From positions 37,531 through 101,530 of the forward strand of contig CBCYMK010000028.1 of the NCBI GenBank assembly GCA_965183875.1: a stretch of 64,000 bases of DNA. The letters run 5' to 3'. Source of the stretch: Flavobacteriales bacterium (GTDB taxonomy: Bacteria > Bacteroidota > Bacteroidia > Flavobacteriales > UBA7430). Shown here in pieces: positions 1 to 10,356 of the stretch. The translations under genes were made by a program, and so were the position numbers. The notes below the pieces were generated by a model that was not told where the DNA came from, ran no database searches, and saw only the letters and a program-made list of their open reading frames with translations. Each line of letters opens with the position of its first letter. Within the stretch, counting starts at the first letter, position 1.

Positions 1-115
1 GGACATTAAATCTTTTTGTTTGTCAGGCTGAGAAACTCTAGGCCCTGCCTTCAGTTATTTATTCATCATCGTTAATCAATCATTAACTCTCACGTCTTTA
101 ATCGACCTTTTGATA

Positions 116-1057
116 TCATGACCATTTGACTTTTTCAATCTTATCGGCTAATACCTCAGAAAGTTTAAAGTAAGATTCTACAGTCCAACCAGCTATATGT
201 GGACTTAATAACACCTTTTTTGAATCAAGTAAATATTGAAAACTAGTAGGGGTTTCTGTGTCGAACATATTTTCAAAACTTGCTTTTTCAAATTCTAAAA
301 CATCTAAACAAGCACCTAAAATAGTTTCCTCTTGTAAGCCTTTAACTAAGCTTTCGGTTCGTACAACTTTACCCCTTGCTGTATTAATTACATAAAAAGG
401 CTTGTTCATTTTAGCAATAAATTCGCAGTCTAAATAATGATGAGTCCCCTTATTATAAGGAGTATGAAAACTGAGAATAGTAGCTTTATTTTGAATTTCT
501 TCTAAAGAAGATTCACATACGTATTCATCAGAATAATTCGTCTTTACATTGTCATAAGCCAAAACGGTACAGTTAAAACCAGAGATGCATTTTGCAAATG
601 CTTTACCCATATTACCATAACCAATAATTCCGACTGTTTTACCGGCTAGTTCAAGCCCTCTATTTGCTTCTCGTTGCCATTTCCCTGCGCGTACTTCGGC
701 GTCTGCAATTGCGAGTTTATTGAATAGTGCAAGTAGCATCCCTAAGGAATGTTCGCCTACAGCTTGTCTGTTTCCTTCAGGAGCAGAAAATAATTGAATA
801 CCTAAATCCGTTGCTTTTGTGCAGTCTATATTTTCTAAACCGGCTCCAGAGCGAGCAATAAATTTTAGGTTTGTTGCTGCATCCAAAAATGCTGAATTAA
901 TCGGGGTTCTCGACCGAACTACTAAACCTTGGTAATCGGCTATTTTTTTCAAAAGTTCATTCCTAGTAGATGTGTAGTCGTGTTTACATTGGAAACCCAA
1001 GTCTAAAAGTCTGTCTTCTAAAATGGGGTGTACACTATCTATAAAAAGGACTTTCAT
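116..1057 (-). CDS. D-isomer-specific 2-hydroxyacid dehydrogenase (phosphoglycerate dehydrogenase-like), NAD-binding
   Basis: 313-aa ORF. Rossmann motif GIIGYGNMGKAFA, plus NTARG and PHIAGWT motifs typical of the D-2-hydroxyacid dehydrogenase family. Confidence 0.85.
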   Translation of the reverse strand: MKVLFIDSVHPILEDRLLDLGFQCKHDYTSTRNELLKKIADYQGLVVRSRTPINSAFLDAATNLKFIARSGAGLENIDCTKATDLGIQLFSAPEGNRQAVGEHSLGMLLALFNKLAIADAEVRAGKWQREANRGLELAGKTVGIIGYGNMGKAFAKCISGFNCTVLAYDNVKTNYSDEYVCESSLEEIQNKATILSFHTPYNKGTHHYLDCEFIAKMNKPFYVINTARGKVVRTESLVKGLQEETILGACLDVLEFEKASFENMFDTETPTSFQYLLDSKKVLLSPHIAGWTVESYFKLSEVLADKIEKVKWS

Positions 1058-2406
1058 TAGAGGTTTAAAAATAATTTACCAATCATGAAATAAATAAACA
1101 ATCCAAGTACATCGTTTACAGTGGTAATAAATGGGCCTGTTGCTAGTGCAGGGTCAATTTTATATTTGTTAAGTGCAAGAGGCACAAAAGTACCAAATAA
1201 GGCTGCAAAAATAATCACTGCCATAATAGAGATGCTCACAGTAAAATAAATGGCACTTGGGTAGCCTAATAAAAAGGTGAAGAGCATAATTGTTCCCGAA
1301 CATATAAGTCCGTTTAGCATGGCAACACCCAATTCTTTAAATAATCGCTCACCTAGGCTATCCATACCTAAACTATTACTAGCTAGACCTTGTACAATGA
1401 TGGCAGCAGATTGCACTCCTACATTTCCTCCCATAGCCGCAATTAAAGGAGTGAAAAAGGCAAGTTCAATATTGTTTTCAATATCGAATATCCCCATAAT
1501 TTGAGCCCCCATAATACCTCCCATTAGGCCTATTAGAAGCCAAGGTAGTCGAGCCCTTGTAAGTGTAATTATATTATCTGAAGAATCGACTTGTTCGGAA
1601 ATACCAGAGGCTTTATTATAATCCTCCATAGCTTCTTCCTTCATTACGTCAACTACATCATCAATGGTAATTCTACCAATTAAACGATTTAGATCGTCTA
1701 CAACAGGTAATACAATAAGGTCGTATTTATCCATAATATTAGCCACTTCTTCATCATCGGAATTGGCTTTTACAGAGATTACTTTCTCATTGTATATGTT
1801 TTTAATGAAGTTCTTCTCTGGAGAGAGAAGTAGTTTTTTTAAAGAGAGCGTACCCAATAAAACACGGTTGTCGTCTACTACATAAATGGTGTAAACCTTG
1901 TCTACATCCTCGGCTTGCTTACGCATTTCTCCTACACACCGCAAAACCGACCACTTGTCGTTTACATGGATAAGTTCTTTTGCCATTAATCCTCCAGCCG
2001 TATTTTCTGGATAAGAAAGTAGATCTACAATATCGCTTGCGTGATCTATATCTTCAATATGTGCTAATACCTCTTCCTTTTTATCGGTAGGTAAATCACC
2101 TATAATGTCTGCAGCGTCATCAGAATCTAAATTCTCAATGAGTTCTTCAGCGATTTCTTGGGAGGTTAAGTCTTCAAGTACAACCTCTCTAGCCTCATCA
2201 TCCAGCTCTACAAGAATCTCAGCTGAATCTTCATCTTCAAAAAGTTCGAAGAGAATTTTTCCGCGTTCTTCCTCTAGCTCTTCAATGAGCTCAGCAATAT
2301 CTGCATGATGTAATTCGGAAAGCTCAGCTTTTAAGATTTGAAAATCTTTACGCTCGAGTTTTTCGTTTATATCATTTATAAATTCTTTTGTTAATTCAAA
2401 TTTCAT
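1057..2406 (-). CDS. mgtE: Magnesium transporter MgtE
   Basis: 449-aa ORF. Acidic N-terminal domain, tandem CBS-like segments ([40 protein letters not shown]) and a C-terminal TM domain ending [16 protein letters not shown]. Overlaps the downstream gene by 1 nt. Confidence 0.9.
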   Translation of the reverse strand: MKFELTKEFINDINEKLERKDFQILKAELSELHHADIAELIEELEEERGKILFELFEDEDSAEILVELDDEAREVVLEDLTSQEIAEELIENLDSDDAADIIGDLPTDKKEEVLAHIEDIDHASDIVDLLSYPENTAGGLMAKELIHVNDKWSVLRCVGEMRKQAEDVDKVYTIYVVDDNRVLLGTLSLKKLLLSPEKNFIKNIYNEKVISVKANSDDEEVANIMDKYDLIVLPVVDDLNRLIGRITIDDVVDVMKEEAMEDYNKASGISEQVDSSDNIITLTRARLPWLLIGLMGGIMGAQIMGIFDIENNIELAFFTPLIAAMGGNVGVQSAAIIVQGLASNSLGMDSLGERLFKELGVAMLNGLICSGTIMLFTFLLGYPSAIYFTVSISIMAVIIFAALFGTFVPLALNKYKIDPALATGPFITTVNDVLGLFIYFMIGKLFLNL

Positions 2407-3176
2407 GGTTGAATCTTTTCAAGCTCATTGGTAAGGTACACAAAATCTGCTACCGATAATTGTTCAGCTCTTTCTGTCAATAGAGGGTCGTTAAATCCAG
2501 TCTTACCTATTAGTGGTTTCAGTGAATTTCTCAGAGTTTTTCTACGCTGACTAAACGACTGTTTCACTACGCGTTTAAAGAATTTCTCGTTACAATCGAG
2601 TTTATCTTTATTGTTTCTGCGCAAACGTATAACACCAGATTTAACTTTTGGTGGTGGGTCGAACACATCTTCATTAACAGTAAATAAATATTCTATATCG
2701 TAATAAGCTTGAAGCAATACCGATATAATTCCATATTTTTTACTTCCTGGTCCACTAGCTACACGCTCTGCAACTTCTTTTTGGAACATTCCTACAACCT
2801 CAGGGACCTGTTCTTTATACTCTAGTGCTTTGAATAGTATTTGAGAGGATATATTGTACGGGAAATTACCAATTAGCGCAAATTGCCCTCTTGTAAGTTT
2901 TGTTAAGTCTAGTTGTAAAAAATCTGTAGAGTGAATACGCGGACTCAATTCTGGGTATTCTGCTTGTAAATAGGTAACAGATTCTCGGTCGAGCTCAATT
3001 ACATGGGTGGTAAAATCTTTCTGTAATAAATATTGTGTGAGCACGCCCATTCCTGGACCTACTTCTACTACATCTGTATACCCTTGGCAACTCAATCCAT
3101 CAACAATTCCTCTAGCTATAGAAAGATCTTTGAGGAAATGTTGTCCTAAGTGTTTTTTAGCTCTTACCTTTTTCAT
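2403..3176 (-). CDS. rsmA: 16S rRNA (adenine1518/1519-N6)-dimethyltransferase RsmA/KsgA
   Basis: 257-aa ORF. GQHFLKD start motif, SAM-binding [12 protein letters not shown] and GNFPYNISS. Overlaps the mgtE start by 4 nt. Confidence 0.92.
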   Translation of the reverse strand: MKKVRAKKHLGQHFLKDLSIARGIVDGLSCQGYTDVVEVGPGMGVLTQYLLQKDFTTHVIELDRESVTYLQAEYPELSPRIHSTDFLQLDLTKLTRGQFALIGNFPYNISSQILFKALEYKEQVPEVVGMFQKEVAERVASGPGSKKYGIISVLLQAYYDIEYLFTVNEDVFDPPPKVKSGVIRLRRNNKDKLDCNEKFFKRVVKQSFSQRRKTLRNSLKPLIGKTGFNDPLLTERAEQLSVADFVYLTNELEKIQP

Positions 3177-3195
3177 TTGGATGTATACGTATAAT

Positions 3196-3507
3196 TTAAA
3201 ACTCGCTAATTACCTCCATAAGAGTACGGAATGCAACAAACTTCCCTTGAAACTTTGTGTTGTGTGCTGCTTGTAATGCAGGGGCAAAGTCTCGGTTGTA
3301 TTGATCTAGTTTATCATGGTTTTCGCAAGTGTATTGAATGGAATATGTTACCCCACCCATTTGTTCTTCTACCAAAACTTTCGACATTTTTGCAGATTTA
3401 AACAATCCTGTTTTTAGTACATCTGCTATATGTTCCTTGTTCATCCAGTTCAACCATTCTAGTTCAACAGACTCTTCAATATTTACGGTAACGTTGTATA
3501 TAATCAT
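3196..3507 (-). CDS. Small conserved protein of unknown function (DUF4286-like)
   Basis: 103-aa ORF starting [22 protein letters not shown], which I recognise as the DUF4286 pattern. No HMM check was possible. Confidence 0.6.
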   Translation of the reverse strand: MIIYNVTVNIEESVELEWLNWMNKEHIADVLKTGLFKSAKMSKVLVEEQMGGVTYSIQYTCENHDKLDQYNRDFAPALQAAHNTKFQGKFVAFRTLMEVISEF

Positions 3508-3508
3508 T

Positions 3509-5326
3509 TTACTCTTTGCTTAATTCACGGTAGTGTTTTCTGGCTTCTGCCAAGAAGTAACTATCCTGGTGGTTGGTAATTATATCTTCATAAAGTTCCA
3601 GAGCTAAAGCTGTATTTTTAAAATAATACTCTTGAAGCTGGGCTTGTGCAAATTTCGCATCATCTGCTAATATATCAAAAGAAAAGAAACTTATTATTTG
3701 GTCCAATAATTCGCTTGCATCCTCTTTTTTATCCTGTTGGATTTTTATCTCATATTGCCGGTATAGAGCCTCATCTAATAAACTATGGCCAGGGTAATCG
3801 ATTATAATACTGTCTAGAGTATGGTAGGCTTGGTTTAATTTATTCTGATAAATGAGTAGGTCGGCACGCGCAAATAATTCCATGGTTACCGTAGTTGTAT
3901 CCATATTTAAATTGTCTTGTATAAGTAGCGACAACTCCATGGCGTCGTTTGCGATAAGCTTAGCCGTAGACTTTTTTAATACATCTAATTGTGCTTGTGC
4001 CCAATCGAAATCTCCTTGATAATACGAAATCTTAGCTCTTCTGAATTTCGCCTCATGACCTAATACATCATGCTTATACGCTTTGTCTACTTGTGAATAG
4101 TAGAGTATAGCATCCCAAATTTCATTTTGAAGTAATAGTATATCTGCATAAACGAGCTTGCATTGTGCTAGGTCTTCATTACTGGCCGTATGTATTGCCA
4201 ACGCTTCTTTTATTGTTGCTTCTGCACGGTCTAAATTATAAAGCCTAAAAGCTTGAATTTGTGCTAAATCACGGATTGTTAAAATCGTATAACTCGTTTT
4301 TCCTAATGCTAAAAAATTGTTTGTATATTCTAGCTCTAAGGCTTCCCATTCCTCATTTGTTGTTTTTGGCTTAGCCTCTAATAGCTCCTTGTTTACTGTT
4401 AATAAAGCCAATTTAGAATCTAGGTAATAGTTCGATTCTGTCCCTTTAGAGATAATGTATGAATAACAAGATTGAGCCACTGAAAATGCTTTGTTTTTTC
4501 TACAAATCGATGCAAGGACAAATACCTTTTCTTGCCCCGATTGTAATTTCTCATCCATCGCTTTTTCTTGGTCAAAAGCTGCTGTAAAATTCTTTTCTTG
4601 TATAAACAACCAGATAAGTAAATCTGCTAAATTTTGATCGTTAGTCTCCTGTACCTTTCTCAGTAATATCCCCTTTAATAATTGGTTGTTTTGATTTTCA
4701 GGATCTGTGTTTATAGTACGGTTCAAAGTGTTTTTTACACTCTGTAGGTATTGTTTATTACTGGTAATGAGTTCTAGGTAATTCTCATACATTTCCTCAA
4801 TATTCCCTAACTGACCATGTATCCTAGCAATTTGAAATCGGTAATTACTTTTACTAGAGTTTTGGATCCCTATAGTATAGGCTTCTATAGCGTATTCTAA
4901 ATATTCAAATTTATACAGTCTATTGGCAGTAACAGAAACTAAATGTTCATTGTTGTTGAGTTGATGAAAAAGCTCTTTGAACTTTTTGTCAGCCCTTTTA
5001 TTATCATTCTTTAATGTGTAAATATGTGCGTAGTCTACTAGGACTGATGTGTTTTTGGAATGTTTTTTATAGTGTCTTTTTATCAGTTTCTCAGCTTCTT
5101 CAATTTTTGAAAGTGCTAAATAACAATCGAGTAAGCCTTGGTAATAATTGGGAGATTTATGTGTTTTATAAAGTCCCACATAGAGCTCACTTGCTTTTTT
5201 ATAAGCTCCAGCTTTAAAATATTGCTTGGCTAATTGTGCCTGGTTGTTTGTTTGTGCTACGAGTAGTACGGGGAAACAAAGTGCTAATAAAAGTAACTTT
5301 ATTGTTGTCTTTAGTAAACTATTCAT
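3509..5326 (-). CDS. Secreted tetratricopeptide-repeat protein
   Basis: 605-aa ORF. N-terminal signal-like segment (LLLLALCFPVLLVAQ) followed by repeated A/Y/L-rich TPR-like helices throughout. Confidence 0.7.
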   Translation of the reverse strand: MNSLLKTTIKLLLLALCFPVLLVAQTNNQAQLAKQYFKAGAYKKASELYVGLYKTHKSPNYYQGLLDCYLALSKIEEAEKLIKRHYKKHSKNTSVLVDYAHIYTLKNDNKRADKKFKELFHQLNNNEHLVSVTANRLYKFEYLEYAIEAYTIGIQNSSKSNYRFQIARIHGQLGNIEEMYENYLELITSNKQYLQSVKNTLNRTINTDPENQNNQLLKGILLRKVQETNDQNLADLLIWLFIQEKNFTAAFDQEKAMDEKLQSGQEKVFVLASICRKNKAFSVAQSCYSYIISKGTESNYYLDSKLALLTVNKELLEAKPKTTNEEWEALELEYTNNFLALGKTSYTILTIRDLAQIQAFRLYNLDRAEATIKEALAIHTASNEDLAQCKLVYADILLLQNEIWDAILYYSQVDKAYKHDVLGHEAKFRRAKISYYQGDFDWAQAQLDVLKKSTAKLIANDAMELSLLIQDNLNMDTTTVTMELFARADLLIYQNKLNQAYHTLDSIIIDYPGHSLLDEALYRQYEIKIQQDKKEDASELLDQIISFFSFDILADDAKFAQAQLQEYYFKNTALALELYEDIITNHQDSYFLAEARKHYRELSKE

Positions 5327-5876
5327 CGGTACTTTGTAAAGAGTTTAACTGTATAAATATTCCTTGTAATTTAGATTCTAACGAATCGAATTGTGTTGTG
5401 TTTTGGTGAAATTTAATTCTTAAGAGTTCATTCATAGCACTTAGTTTACCTAAGGCTTTTTGCTCTTCTTTTAAATAGGCAGTAAATTGTTGTTTTGTTA
5501 AATGCCTATGTACCAAATCGTCTTTTAAAGAAGTAATTTGGTTTTTAGAAAAGAGTAACTCTTTTTTAATACTATCTATTTCAGTATTGAAATTTGAAAA
5601 AGTAGTGGCTATTTTTTGATAAGCCAACTTCTCGTGATGCAGCCATTGTTTTTGAAAATCACTCAAATTTTCAAGTTCAAATAATTGCAGTCTCTGACTA
5701 GCTTTTTCTATGCAGAAGCTCACCTTCTGTTGGTCCATTTCTTCTAGTAATTCGTTTTGATGTAGTACCAAAGAATCTAGGAGTAAAGTGTAATTTACCT
5801 CCTTGTCGATGTTTATTTCTTGGCAAGAAGAAAGTAACAAAGCCGAAACGAATATGTAAAATGTATTTTTTAACAT
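5319..5876 (-). CDS. Hypothetical lipoprotein, coiled-coil rich
   Basis: 185-aa ORF. Lipobox-like signal FVSALLLSSC and a Q/E/L/K-rich helical body. Overlaps the downstream TPR gene by 8 nt. Confidence 0.55.
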   Translation of the reverse strand: MLKNTFYIFVSALLLSSCQEINIDKEVNYTLLLDSLVLHQNELLEEMDQQKVSFCIEKASQRLQLFELENLSDFQKQWLHHEKLAYQKIATTFSNFNTEIDSIKKELLFSKNQITSLKDDLVHRHLTKQQFTAYLKEEQKALGKLSAMNELLRIKFHQNTTQFDSLESKLQGIFIQLNSLQSTDE

Positions 5877-5879
5877 TAT

Positions 5880-5908
5880 AAAAAAAACCGAAGTCTAAGC
5901 TTCGGTTA
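5880..5908 (-). terminator. Rho-independent terminator of serS
   Basis: Hairpin ccgaag/cttcgg preceded on the + strand by an A-run, which is a U-run on the - transcript. 6 nt downstream of the serS stop. Confidence 0.75.
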
Positions 5909-5913
5909 AGGTA

Positions 5914-7182
5914 TTAGATTTTATCGAATCCACAATAAGGTACAAGCACCTCCGGAATGTTTATTCCTTCTGCATCTTGATAGTTCTCGATTAATGCTGC
6001 CATAATACGTGGTAAGGCAAGTGAAGAACCATTTAAGCTATGGCACAATTGTGTCTTTTTATTCTCGTCTTTAAAGCGCAGTTTTAATCGATTACTTTGG
6101 TAGCTCTCGAAGTTCGAAACAGAACTTACTTCTAACCATTTATCTTGCGCTGCGGAGTATACCTCAAAATCAAATGTTAAGGCAGAGGTAAAGCTGAGGT
6201 CACCACCACACAGTCTTAAGATTCTAAATGGCAAGCCCAATTCACGAAGTATGTTCGCTACGTGCTCTACCATAGTATCTAAGGTTTTGTATGAGTTATC
6301 TGGGTGCTGAATTTGAACAATCTCAACCTTATCGAACTGGTGTAAACGATTTAAGCCTCTTACATCTTTCCCATACGACCCTGCTTCTCTGCGGAAACAA
6401 GGGGTGTACGCAGTACATTTAATAGGGAATTCTTCTTTCTTTACTATTACATCTCTAAAGATGTTTGTTACAGGAACCTCAGCAGTTGGAATAAGGTATA
6501 AGTTATCTGCTGTAGCATGGTACATTTGCCCTTCTTTGTCGGGTAGTTGTCCAGTACCAAAACCTGAGGCTTCGTTAACTAAATGTGGAGGCATTACTTC
6601 CTCGTATCCAGCATCGGTGTTTTTATCTAAAAAGTAGTTTATAAGTGCGCGTTGTAAACGTGCCCCTTTACCGCGGTAAACAGGGAATCCAGCACCAGTT
6701 ATTTTTACTCCTAACTCAAAGTCAATGATGTTTTTTTCTGCTACCAATTCCCAGTGAGGTTTTGCATTTTCGCCCAAGTTAGGTAGTGCTCCTTCTTGAC
6801 TAACAACCTCATTATCTTCCTCACTTTTCCCTGCAGGCACTGAAGAATGTGGGATGTTTGGAATTTGAGTAAGTTTGTTTTGTAGCGCTTCTTGAGTCTC
6901 AGCAAGTACTAAATGTAAGGCTTTTGTCTTCTCTTTTAATGCTGCCGTTTCCGCCTTTTTTGCATTGGCTTCTTCAATATTACCAGACTTATAAAGCATA
7001 CCGATTTCTTTCGATAGCTTATTCGATTCTGCTAAAATAGCATCGTTTTCCGACTGAGTTGTACATCGTTTTTCATCCAGTAAAAGAAGCTCTTCTATGA
7101 TGTCTTTAGCATCAAAGTTTTTTACCGCCAATCGTACGATTACTTCTTCCTTATTCTCTTTAATATACGCTACTTGTAACAT
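5914..7182 (-). CDS. serS: Seryl-tRNA synthetase
   Basis: 422-aa ORF. N-terminal coiled-coil arm and class II motifs FRREAGSYGKDVRGLNRLHQFDKVE and NGSSLALPR. Confidence 0.95.
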   Translation of the reverse strand: MLQVAYIKENKEEVIVRLAVKNFDAKDIIEELLLLDEKRCTTQSENDAILAESNKLSKEIGMLYKSGNIEEANAKKAETAALKEKTKALHLVLAETQEALQNKLTQIPNIPHSSVPAGKSEEDNEVVSQEGALPNLGENAKPHWELVAEKNIIDFELGVKITGAGFPVYRGKGARLQRALINYFLDKNTDAGYEEVMPPHLVNEASGFGTGQLPDKEGQMYHATADNLYLIPTAEVPVTNIFRDVIVKKEEFPIKCTAYTPCFRREAGSYGKDVRGLNRLHQFDKVEIVQIQHPDNSYKTLDTMVEHVANILRELGLPFRILRLCGGDLSFTSALTFDFEVYSAAQDKWLEVSSVSNFESYQSNRLKLRFKDENKKTQLCHSLNGSSLALPRIMAALIENYQDAEGINIPEVLVPYCGFDKI

Positions 7183-7201
7183 GCTCTTTTCTTTAAGAAC
7201 A

Positions 7202-7209
7202 CAAAAATA
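7202..7209 (-). promoter_or_regulatory. Bacteroidetes-type -7 promoter box for serS
   Basis: The + strand reads caaaaata, which is tattttTG on the - strand. About 20 nt upstream of the serS ATG (7182). Confidence 0.4.
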
Positions 7210-7264
7210 AGCTATTCCTTCTTAACTTGTTATTTCTCTGCTTAAAGTTTAAAAATGTTTGTTC

Positions 7265-7296
7265 AAAAAAAAATGCCTCTGAGTAATCAGAGGCAT
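7265..7296 (-). terminator. Rho-independent terminator of the porin-like gene
   Basis: 10-bp stem atgcctctga/tcagaggcat with an A9 run on the + strand side. Confidence 0.8.
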
Positions 7297-7317
7297 TAGA
7301 TATAGAATGTTTGTTAT

Positions 7318-7983
7318 TTAGAATTTTATCCCAACAGAAACCAAAAATTGATTCAGCCTTTGGTCTGGGTTAAATGTTGTTTCACCAATGGTAATCCCAT
7401 CAGATATAGATTGTAGTCCCATTTCGTAACGTAGGTCTATGGTAAGAATAGAAATATCTAATCCCGCACCCAATTGTGCCCCTACTGTTGCGTTTTTGTA
7501 ATTTGTTTGTACATCTTCAAAAGCATCATCAAAACCTTCTAGGCTGATATTGTCGCTTAAAGGAAGTGTGAAAACTGGACCTGCATTAACTCTGAAAAAT
7601 TTTAGGAAACGTTTCCCGAACATTACTGGGATGTCGATCTTATTGAGTTTTACCTCACCTACAATTGTTTCTCTACTATCATTATCTAATTCATCTAATA
7701 AAACTGAATATGAGATTTCTGATTTTGAATTACTAAAAAGTACTTCTGGTTGAACGTAAATTCCTAGAAGAGACAATCTTGCAAATACACCTACTTGATA
7801 ACCTAATACTGGGTCTGTATCTTTTAGTAGCTGTATTGCCTCTGGACCAGATTCTAGACTTTTTACGTCTTGTAATTTAAAGCTCGGTGATGAGATACTT
7901 AATTTAGGACCCCAAGAAAAGTCTTGAGCAGATCCGTTTAAAGTAAAACCGAGTAATGCGATTGTTAAGATTAGCTTTTTCAT
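7318..7983 (-). CDS. Outer-membrane beta-barrel (porin-family) protein
   Basis: 221-aa ORF. Signal peptide (LLGFTLNGSAQ), alternating beta-strand pattern and a C-terminal aromatic ending VSVGIKF. Confidence 0.65.
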   Translation of the reverse strand: MKKLILTIALLGFTLNGSAQDFSWGPKLSISSPSFKLQDVKSLESGPEAIQLLKDTDPVLGYQVGVFARLSLLGIYVQPEVLFSNSKSEISYSVLLDELDNDSRETIVGEVKLNKIDIPVMFGKRFLKFFRVNAGPVFTLPLSDNISLEGFDDAFEDVQTNYKNATVGAQLGAGLDISILTIDLRYEMGLQSISDGITIGETTFNPDQRLNQFLVSVGIKF

Positions 7984-7986
7984 AAT

Positions 7987-9093
7987 TTAAGAATTTGCTT
8001 CTATTTTACGTTTCTCTTTAGCGCTTTTAGTTGCTGCGATATTAGCATCTATTGTATGTGCTGGTCTAGACCATTTTGCTTTTTCGCCACAAGTATCACT
8101 ATTTTTATAATTTTCATTGACCTCAGGTTTATCGCCTTTTTTGTAAGCTTTTTGAGGTACAAGTCCCAAGGTACTAAATAATTCCATATCCTTATTGATG
8201 TCAGGATTTGGAGTGGTTAGTAATTTATCACCTGCAAAAATAGAACCAGCACCAGACATAAAGCATAAAGCTTGTCCTTCGTCTGTCATTTGTGTTCTAC
8301 CAGCCGAGAGACGAACGGTTGTAGTAGGTAGTACTATACGTGTAATTGCTACCATGCGAACCATATCCCAAATAGGAATTTGTTCTTGTTCTTCCATCGG
8401 AGTTCCTTCAACTGGAACTAGTGCGTTAATAGGCACAGATTCTGGGTAGGGATTTAAATTAGAGAGTGTAACCAACATGGCTGCACGATCTTCAATTTCT
8501 TCACCCATTCCAATTATTCCACCTGAACAAACCGTAAGTCCCGCTTTGCGCGCATTACCTATAGTTTCTATTCTATCCTCATATCCTCTAGTAGAAATCA
8601 CCTTTTTATAGTGCTCTTCAGAGGTGTCTAAATTGTGGTTGTATGCATAAAGTCCAGCTTCAGAAAGTCTTCGCGCTTGGTCTTGGGTTAACATTCCTAA
8701 GGTACAGCAAACTTCCATGTCTAAGTCACGTACGGTACGTACCATTTCTAAAACTTGGTCGAAATCCTCTCCTTCTTTTACGTTTCTCCATGCGGCACCC
8801 ATGCAAACTCTAGAAGACCCAGAACTCTTAGCTCTTAAGGCTTGTGCTTTTACAGTTTGCACAGACATTAAGTCGTTTTTAGCAATGTCGGTATGGTATC
8901 TTGCTGCTTGCGGGCAGTAGCCACAGTCTTCTGGACAACCACCTGTTTTTATAGAAAGCAAGGTGCTCACCTGAACCTCAAGAGGGTCGTGGTGTTGTCT
9001 ATGTACTTGAGCAGCTTCAAAAACTAACTCTAATAATGGTTTTTTATAAAGTTCAAGAACTTCTTCTTTAGTCCAATTTTTTCTATTTTCCAT
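7987..9093 (-). CDS. bioB: Biotin synthase
   Basis: 368-aa ORF. Radical-SAM cluster motif CPEDCGYCPQ and downstream YNHNLDTS and GGIIGMGE motifs. Confidence 0.95.
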   Translation of the reverse strand: MENRKNWTKEEVLELYKKPLLELVFEAAQVHRQHHDPLEVQVSTLLSIKTGGCPEDCGYCPQAARYHTDIAKNDLMSVQTVKAQALRAKSSGSSRVCMGAAWRNVKEGEDFDQVLEMVRTVRDLDMEVCCTLGMLTQDQARRLSEAGLYAYNHNLDTSEEHYKKVISTRGYEDRIETIGNARKAGLTVCSGGIIGMGEEIEDRAAMLVTLSNLNPYPESVPINALVPVEGTPMEEQEQIPIWDMVRMVAITRIVLPTTTVRLSAGRTQMTDEGQALCFMSGAGSIFAGDKLLTTPNPDINKDMELFSTLGLVPQKAYKKGDKPEVNENYKNSDTCGEKAKWSRPAHTIDANIAATKSAKEKRKIEANS

Positions 9094-9117
9094 CCTCTGT
9101 ATTCTTGATTTTCAGCT

Positions 9118-9125
9118 CAAATATA
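9118..9125 (-). promoter_or_regulatory. Bacteroidetes-type -7 promoter box for bioB
   Basis: The + strand reads caaatata, which is tatatttg on the - strand. About 25 nt upstream of the bioB ATG (9093). Confidence 0.4.
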
Positions 9126-9149
9126 AGCCTTCTTTTTTTTTAGCTCTTT

Positions 9150-10313
9150 TTATTTCGATAAAATGATGCTCACCGCATTTCCTCCAAAACCAGTTGCATT
9201 TACCATGATGGTTTTAACTTCACTAGATCCTCCTACTGAAAGGCTTTCGTAAGGAAAGTTAATCTGTTTATTATGTGCTAACATAAGTATTGCCAATTCC
9301 ATACTCAAGGCGCCAGAAGCTCCAAAAGTGTGTCCTGTTGTATATTTAGTAGAAATTAAATGTGGTACTTTTTCTCCGAAGAGGTTCTTTATTGCTTTGT
9401 ATTCGCTTTGGTCTCCCTTTAAGGTTCCCGGTGCGTGCATTATAATGCTATCTACTCCAGATAAATTTGCACTTTTTAAAGCCTTTTTCATGGAGTCTTG
9501 AAGACATTCTGCTTCTGCTGAAAGAGAGACGTTGTGCTCTATTAATTCTGTAGAAAATCCAAGTCCTTGAATTGTAGCTAGTTTTTCTTTCCCAGATTCT
9601 TTTTCTAAACAAAATACAGCAGCGGCTTCCCCTAAAACTAAGGAGTTTGTGTTTTTGTTTTTTTCTAATGGCTTAGAAGGGAATTCTCCATTTTCCTCAG
9701 AATATATGCGAAGTCCTTTCATCTGAGCAATAGTAAAATCGCTCAGCGGAGCTTCGGCTCCTCCGGTAATAAATTTTTCTGCCATGCCCGCTTGTATCCA
9801 TGCTACTCCATTTAAAATAGAGTGTAAGGCAGTACTACAGGTTATGGAATGTGAAAAGCTAGCACCCTTAGTACCCATATCGTAGGCTACCCAAGAGGAA
9901 ATATTTCCTAGTGTTGTGGTAGGAGAGACTACCGGGTTAAGTCGATTATGGTCGTTAAGGATAAAGTTTTTATGGTATTTCTCGAATAATTGTGTTGCTC
10001 CTCTAGAGGAACCTAGGTTTACACTCATATTGTCATCGGCATTCCACTTTGCTTGTTTTACAGCTTGCCTAGAAGAAAGGATAGAAAGTAAAACTGTTTT
10101 GTCGAGTCTTCTAAAGTGAGGGTTTTCTTTGCGCAATTGCTTTACCAAGTCCTCCTCTTTAGGGTGGAGTTTACCCACCTGAGTGTCACAATTATTAAAG
10201 CAACATAAAGTAATACGTGTCGATTGATTACAGTAGTTTTTCCAAACTTCCTCTGCATTGCTTCCCAAAGCGGAAACACTTCCCATTCCCGTAATAACTA
10301 TCTTCTCTTGCAT
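9150..10313 (-). CDS. Beta-ketoacyl-ACP synthase I/II-like condensing enzyme
   Basis: 387-aa ORF. N-terminal IVITGMGSVSALG. A Cys-His-His triad appears to be present (ITCSTALHS, MHAPGT, TTGHTFGASG). Confidence 0.8.
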   Translation of the reverse strand: MQEKIVITGMGSVSALGSNAEEVWKNYCNQSTRITLCCFNNCDTQVGKLHPKEEDLVKQLRKENPHFRRLDKTVLLSILSSRQAVKQAKWNADDNMSVNLGSSRGATQLFEKYHKNFILNDHNRLNPVVSPTTTLGNISSWVAYDMGTKGASFSHSITCSTALHSILNGVAWIQAGMAEKFITGGAEAPLSDFTIAQMKGLRIYSEENGEFPSKPLEKNKNTNSLVLGEAAAVFCLEKESGKEKLATIQGLGFSTELIEHNVSLSAEAECLQDSMKKALKSANLSGVDSIIMHAPGTLKGDQSEYKAIKNLFGEKVPHLISTKYTTGHTFGASGALSMELAILMLAHNKQINFPYESLSVGGSSEVKTIMVNATGFGGNAVSIILSK

Positions 10314-10356
10314 GCGGCAAATATAATGTAAAAGAATGCCTTAGTATAGGAGCAAA

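Noticed and set aside
1-115. The window start (tgtcaggctgag...ccttcag) loosely resembles the tgtcaggcgg...ctgaag segment of repeat unit A
   Set aside because: Only short AT-poor words match, and the sequence is truncated by the window edge. That is too little to call a repeat-family member.
1277-2308. Plus-strand ORFs 1277-1504, 1664-1885 and 2105-2308 inside mgtE
   Set aside because: They are antisense shadows of a well-supported gene, with low-complexity S/T-rich translations and no motifs.
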